Shown here in pieces: positions 62,430 through 64,000 of a stretch of 64,000 bases of DNA. A program made the position numbers and the translations under genes. The stretch is taken from contig NW_026262668.1 in assembly GCF_021869535.1 (NCBI RefSeq), positions 43,524,001 to 43,588,000 of the forward strand, given 5' to 3'. This DNA is from Mytilus californianus (taxonomy: Eukaryota). The first letter of the stretch is position 1. Every line of letters starts with the position of its first letter. The notes beneath the pieces were generated by a model that was not told the DNA's origin, did not search any database, and worked only from the letters and a program-made list of their open reading frames with translations.

Positions 62430-63320
62430 TTTTAGCTCTTCTGCCTAATAGGGCCAAGCGAGCTTTTCTAGTCGTCGTCCGTTAACTTTTACAAAAATCT
62501 GCTCCTCAGAAAAACTGGTCAAAATTTAACCAAACTTGGCCACAATCATCAATGGAGTATTTAGTTTATAAAATGGTCCGACTGCCAACCAAGATGGCCG
62601 AAACGGCTAGAAATAGAACATAGTGGTAAAATGCAAGTTTTGTCTATTATTTTGAAAAACGCTATAAAAAGAGAAAATCTGACAGAACAGAAATACCTTA
62701 ATATCATAAAAACTACTATAGATAAATAGAAACTTTAAGAAGCAATAATGATCAGCAAGACTAAATCTACAAGTAAGTGTAATGACCGAATTCTTCAGTT
62801 GACTCGTTATTGGAGTAATTGCTCTTTAATGACGATGTTTACCAAATTTTAGTATTTTTGCATATTATCTTGAAAAAATAATAGAAAGTCGACACTTTAA
62901 ATAGCAAAAGGAATCAGCAAGACAAGATCTACAAATAATTCAACATGGCCGAAATCGTTAGTCGATTCGTTATTCGAGTTCTTGCTCTTTAATGACGATA
63001 TTTACCAAATTTTGGCGTTTTTGCTTATTATCTTGAAAACTGTAAAAGATAGATAGAAACTTTTGTTACAAAAATTATCAGCAAGACAAGATCTACAGTC
63101 AAATCAAATGTTACCGATATAGTTAGTAGAATCTTTACAGGGGCCCTTAACAGATAAATTTTTTACCCTCTTTTGTGTTTTGGGCAAAAGCTAAAGAAGA
63201 TAGAGAGAAACTAAACAGAAAAATTTCTAGTCTACAATGTTGGAGAGAGTCCATTGTTGAATATGCACAAAGACCTAGGTGAGCAACACCGGCTCTTTAG
63301 AGCCTAAGAGCCTCTAGTTT
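62430..63320 (+). mobile_element. Helentron-associated interspersed element (HINE; pearl/DTC84-like architecture)
   Basis: 5' TTTTAGCTC..., GTCGTC tract, about three 150-160-bp core repeats (CAGCAAGACAAGATCTAC), 3' subterminal AGGTGAGC and hairpin GGCTC-TTTA-GAGCC, T-rich ends. Confidence 0.75.
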
Positions 63321-63727
63321 GTATTAATTTTTTATAGTAGACATGTTTCAATTCGATAGCTTGTATGGAGATAGGACTAGTGTGTACACATACCAATTGC
63401 TGCTTTATTTAGTACGATCGGTCTTATATGATATAGCCAGACACTTGTGAATTAAATATTATAACTAAGGAAGACGCTTAACAAAGTTATCATATCTTCC
63501 GCTTTAAATTTAAGATTGTCTAAACCATGAAAGGTAATTTTCCAGTTAATCAATTACAGTTCTTTATGATTGACACAATAAATCTATGTAATAAAATATA
63601 TTTTTTTTCAAATATACAATAAAATAAATCATGCTTCAATACAGTTGCAAGAAATATATTCAATAAAATATTATTTAAGTATGAAATAACATAAATCATG
63701 CCTAAAAAAAAGTCTCTAACTTATTTC

Positions 63728-64000
63728 TATGTAGCAACATTCCAGCAGCGCCTGCATACGGAGTATATATCTCCCAATTGATACGATATTCCCGGGCTTG
63801 TATTTCCTATCATGATTTCCTTGATAGAGGACTGCTGCTCACAAGGAAGCTATTAAGCCAAGAGTTCCAAATGGTGAAGTTGAAATCATCCCTTCGTAAA
63901 TTTTACGGACGCCATCACGAGTTGGTTGACCGTTATGGAATAACCGTTTCACAGATGATATCGGATATGTTCCTTATGTCGTAACTACAATACCCTTCCC
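63728..64000 (+). mobile_element. Penelope-like (Naiad-type) RT C-terminal fragment, 5'-truncated
   Basis: Open frame FLCSNIPAAPAYGVYISQLIRYSRACISYHDFLDRGLLLTRKLL...LRKFYGRHHELVDRYGITVSQMISDMF; the element probably runs past the window edge. Confidence 0.9.

Overview
AT-rich (roughly one third GC by eye) eukaryotic, largely non-genic DNA, most likely from a mytilid mussel (Mytilus-like). That assignment is an inference from recognised bivalve repeat families. I recognise no intact host protein-coding gene, tRNA/rRNA gene or CRISPR array. The window is mostly transposon remains: (1) a decayed Penelope-like element (RT plus C-terminal GIY-YIG, minus strand, about 54.7-57.3 kb) with a head-to-head inverted duplication of its 5' end, each arm carrying a hammerhead-like motif; (2) a Meta-type SINE inside that element, and inside the SINE a 353-bp retrozyme-like unit with a near-intact type I hammerhead ribozyme and 22-bp terminal redundancy; (3) three decayed relatives of that unit and a second hammerhead family; (4) four RT-C-terminal fragments of Naiad-type PLEs; (5) tRNA-derived V-type SINEs, Helentron/HINE-like repeats, and Harbinger-, hAT- and Kolobok-like non-autonomous elements with readable TSDs; (6) short palindromes, two of which share a central loop but not their arms; (7) 25-bp and 38-bp minisatellites, the first with a 250-bp higher-order repeat. 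Several splice-bounded candidate exons, some with stops, may be remains of an unidentified gene and are low confidence. Coordinates were read by hand and ends may be off by a few bases; identities are by-eye estimates.
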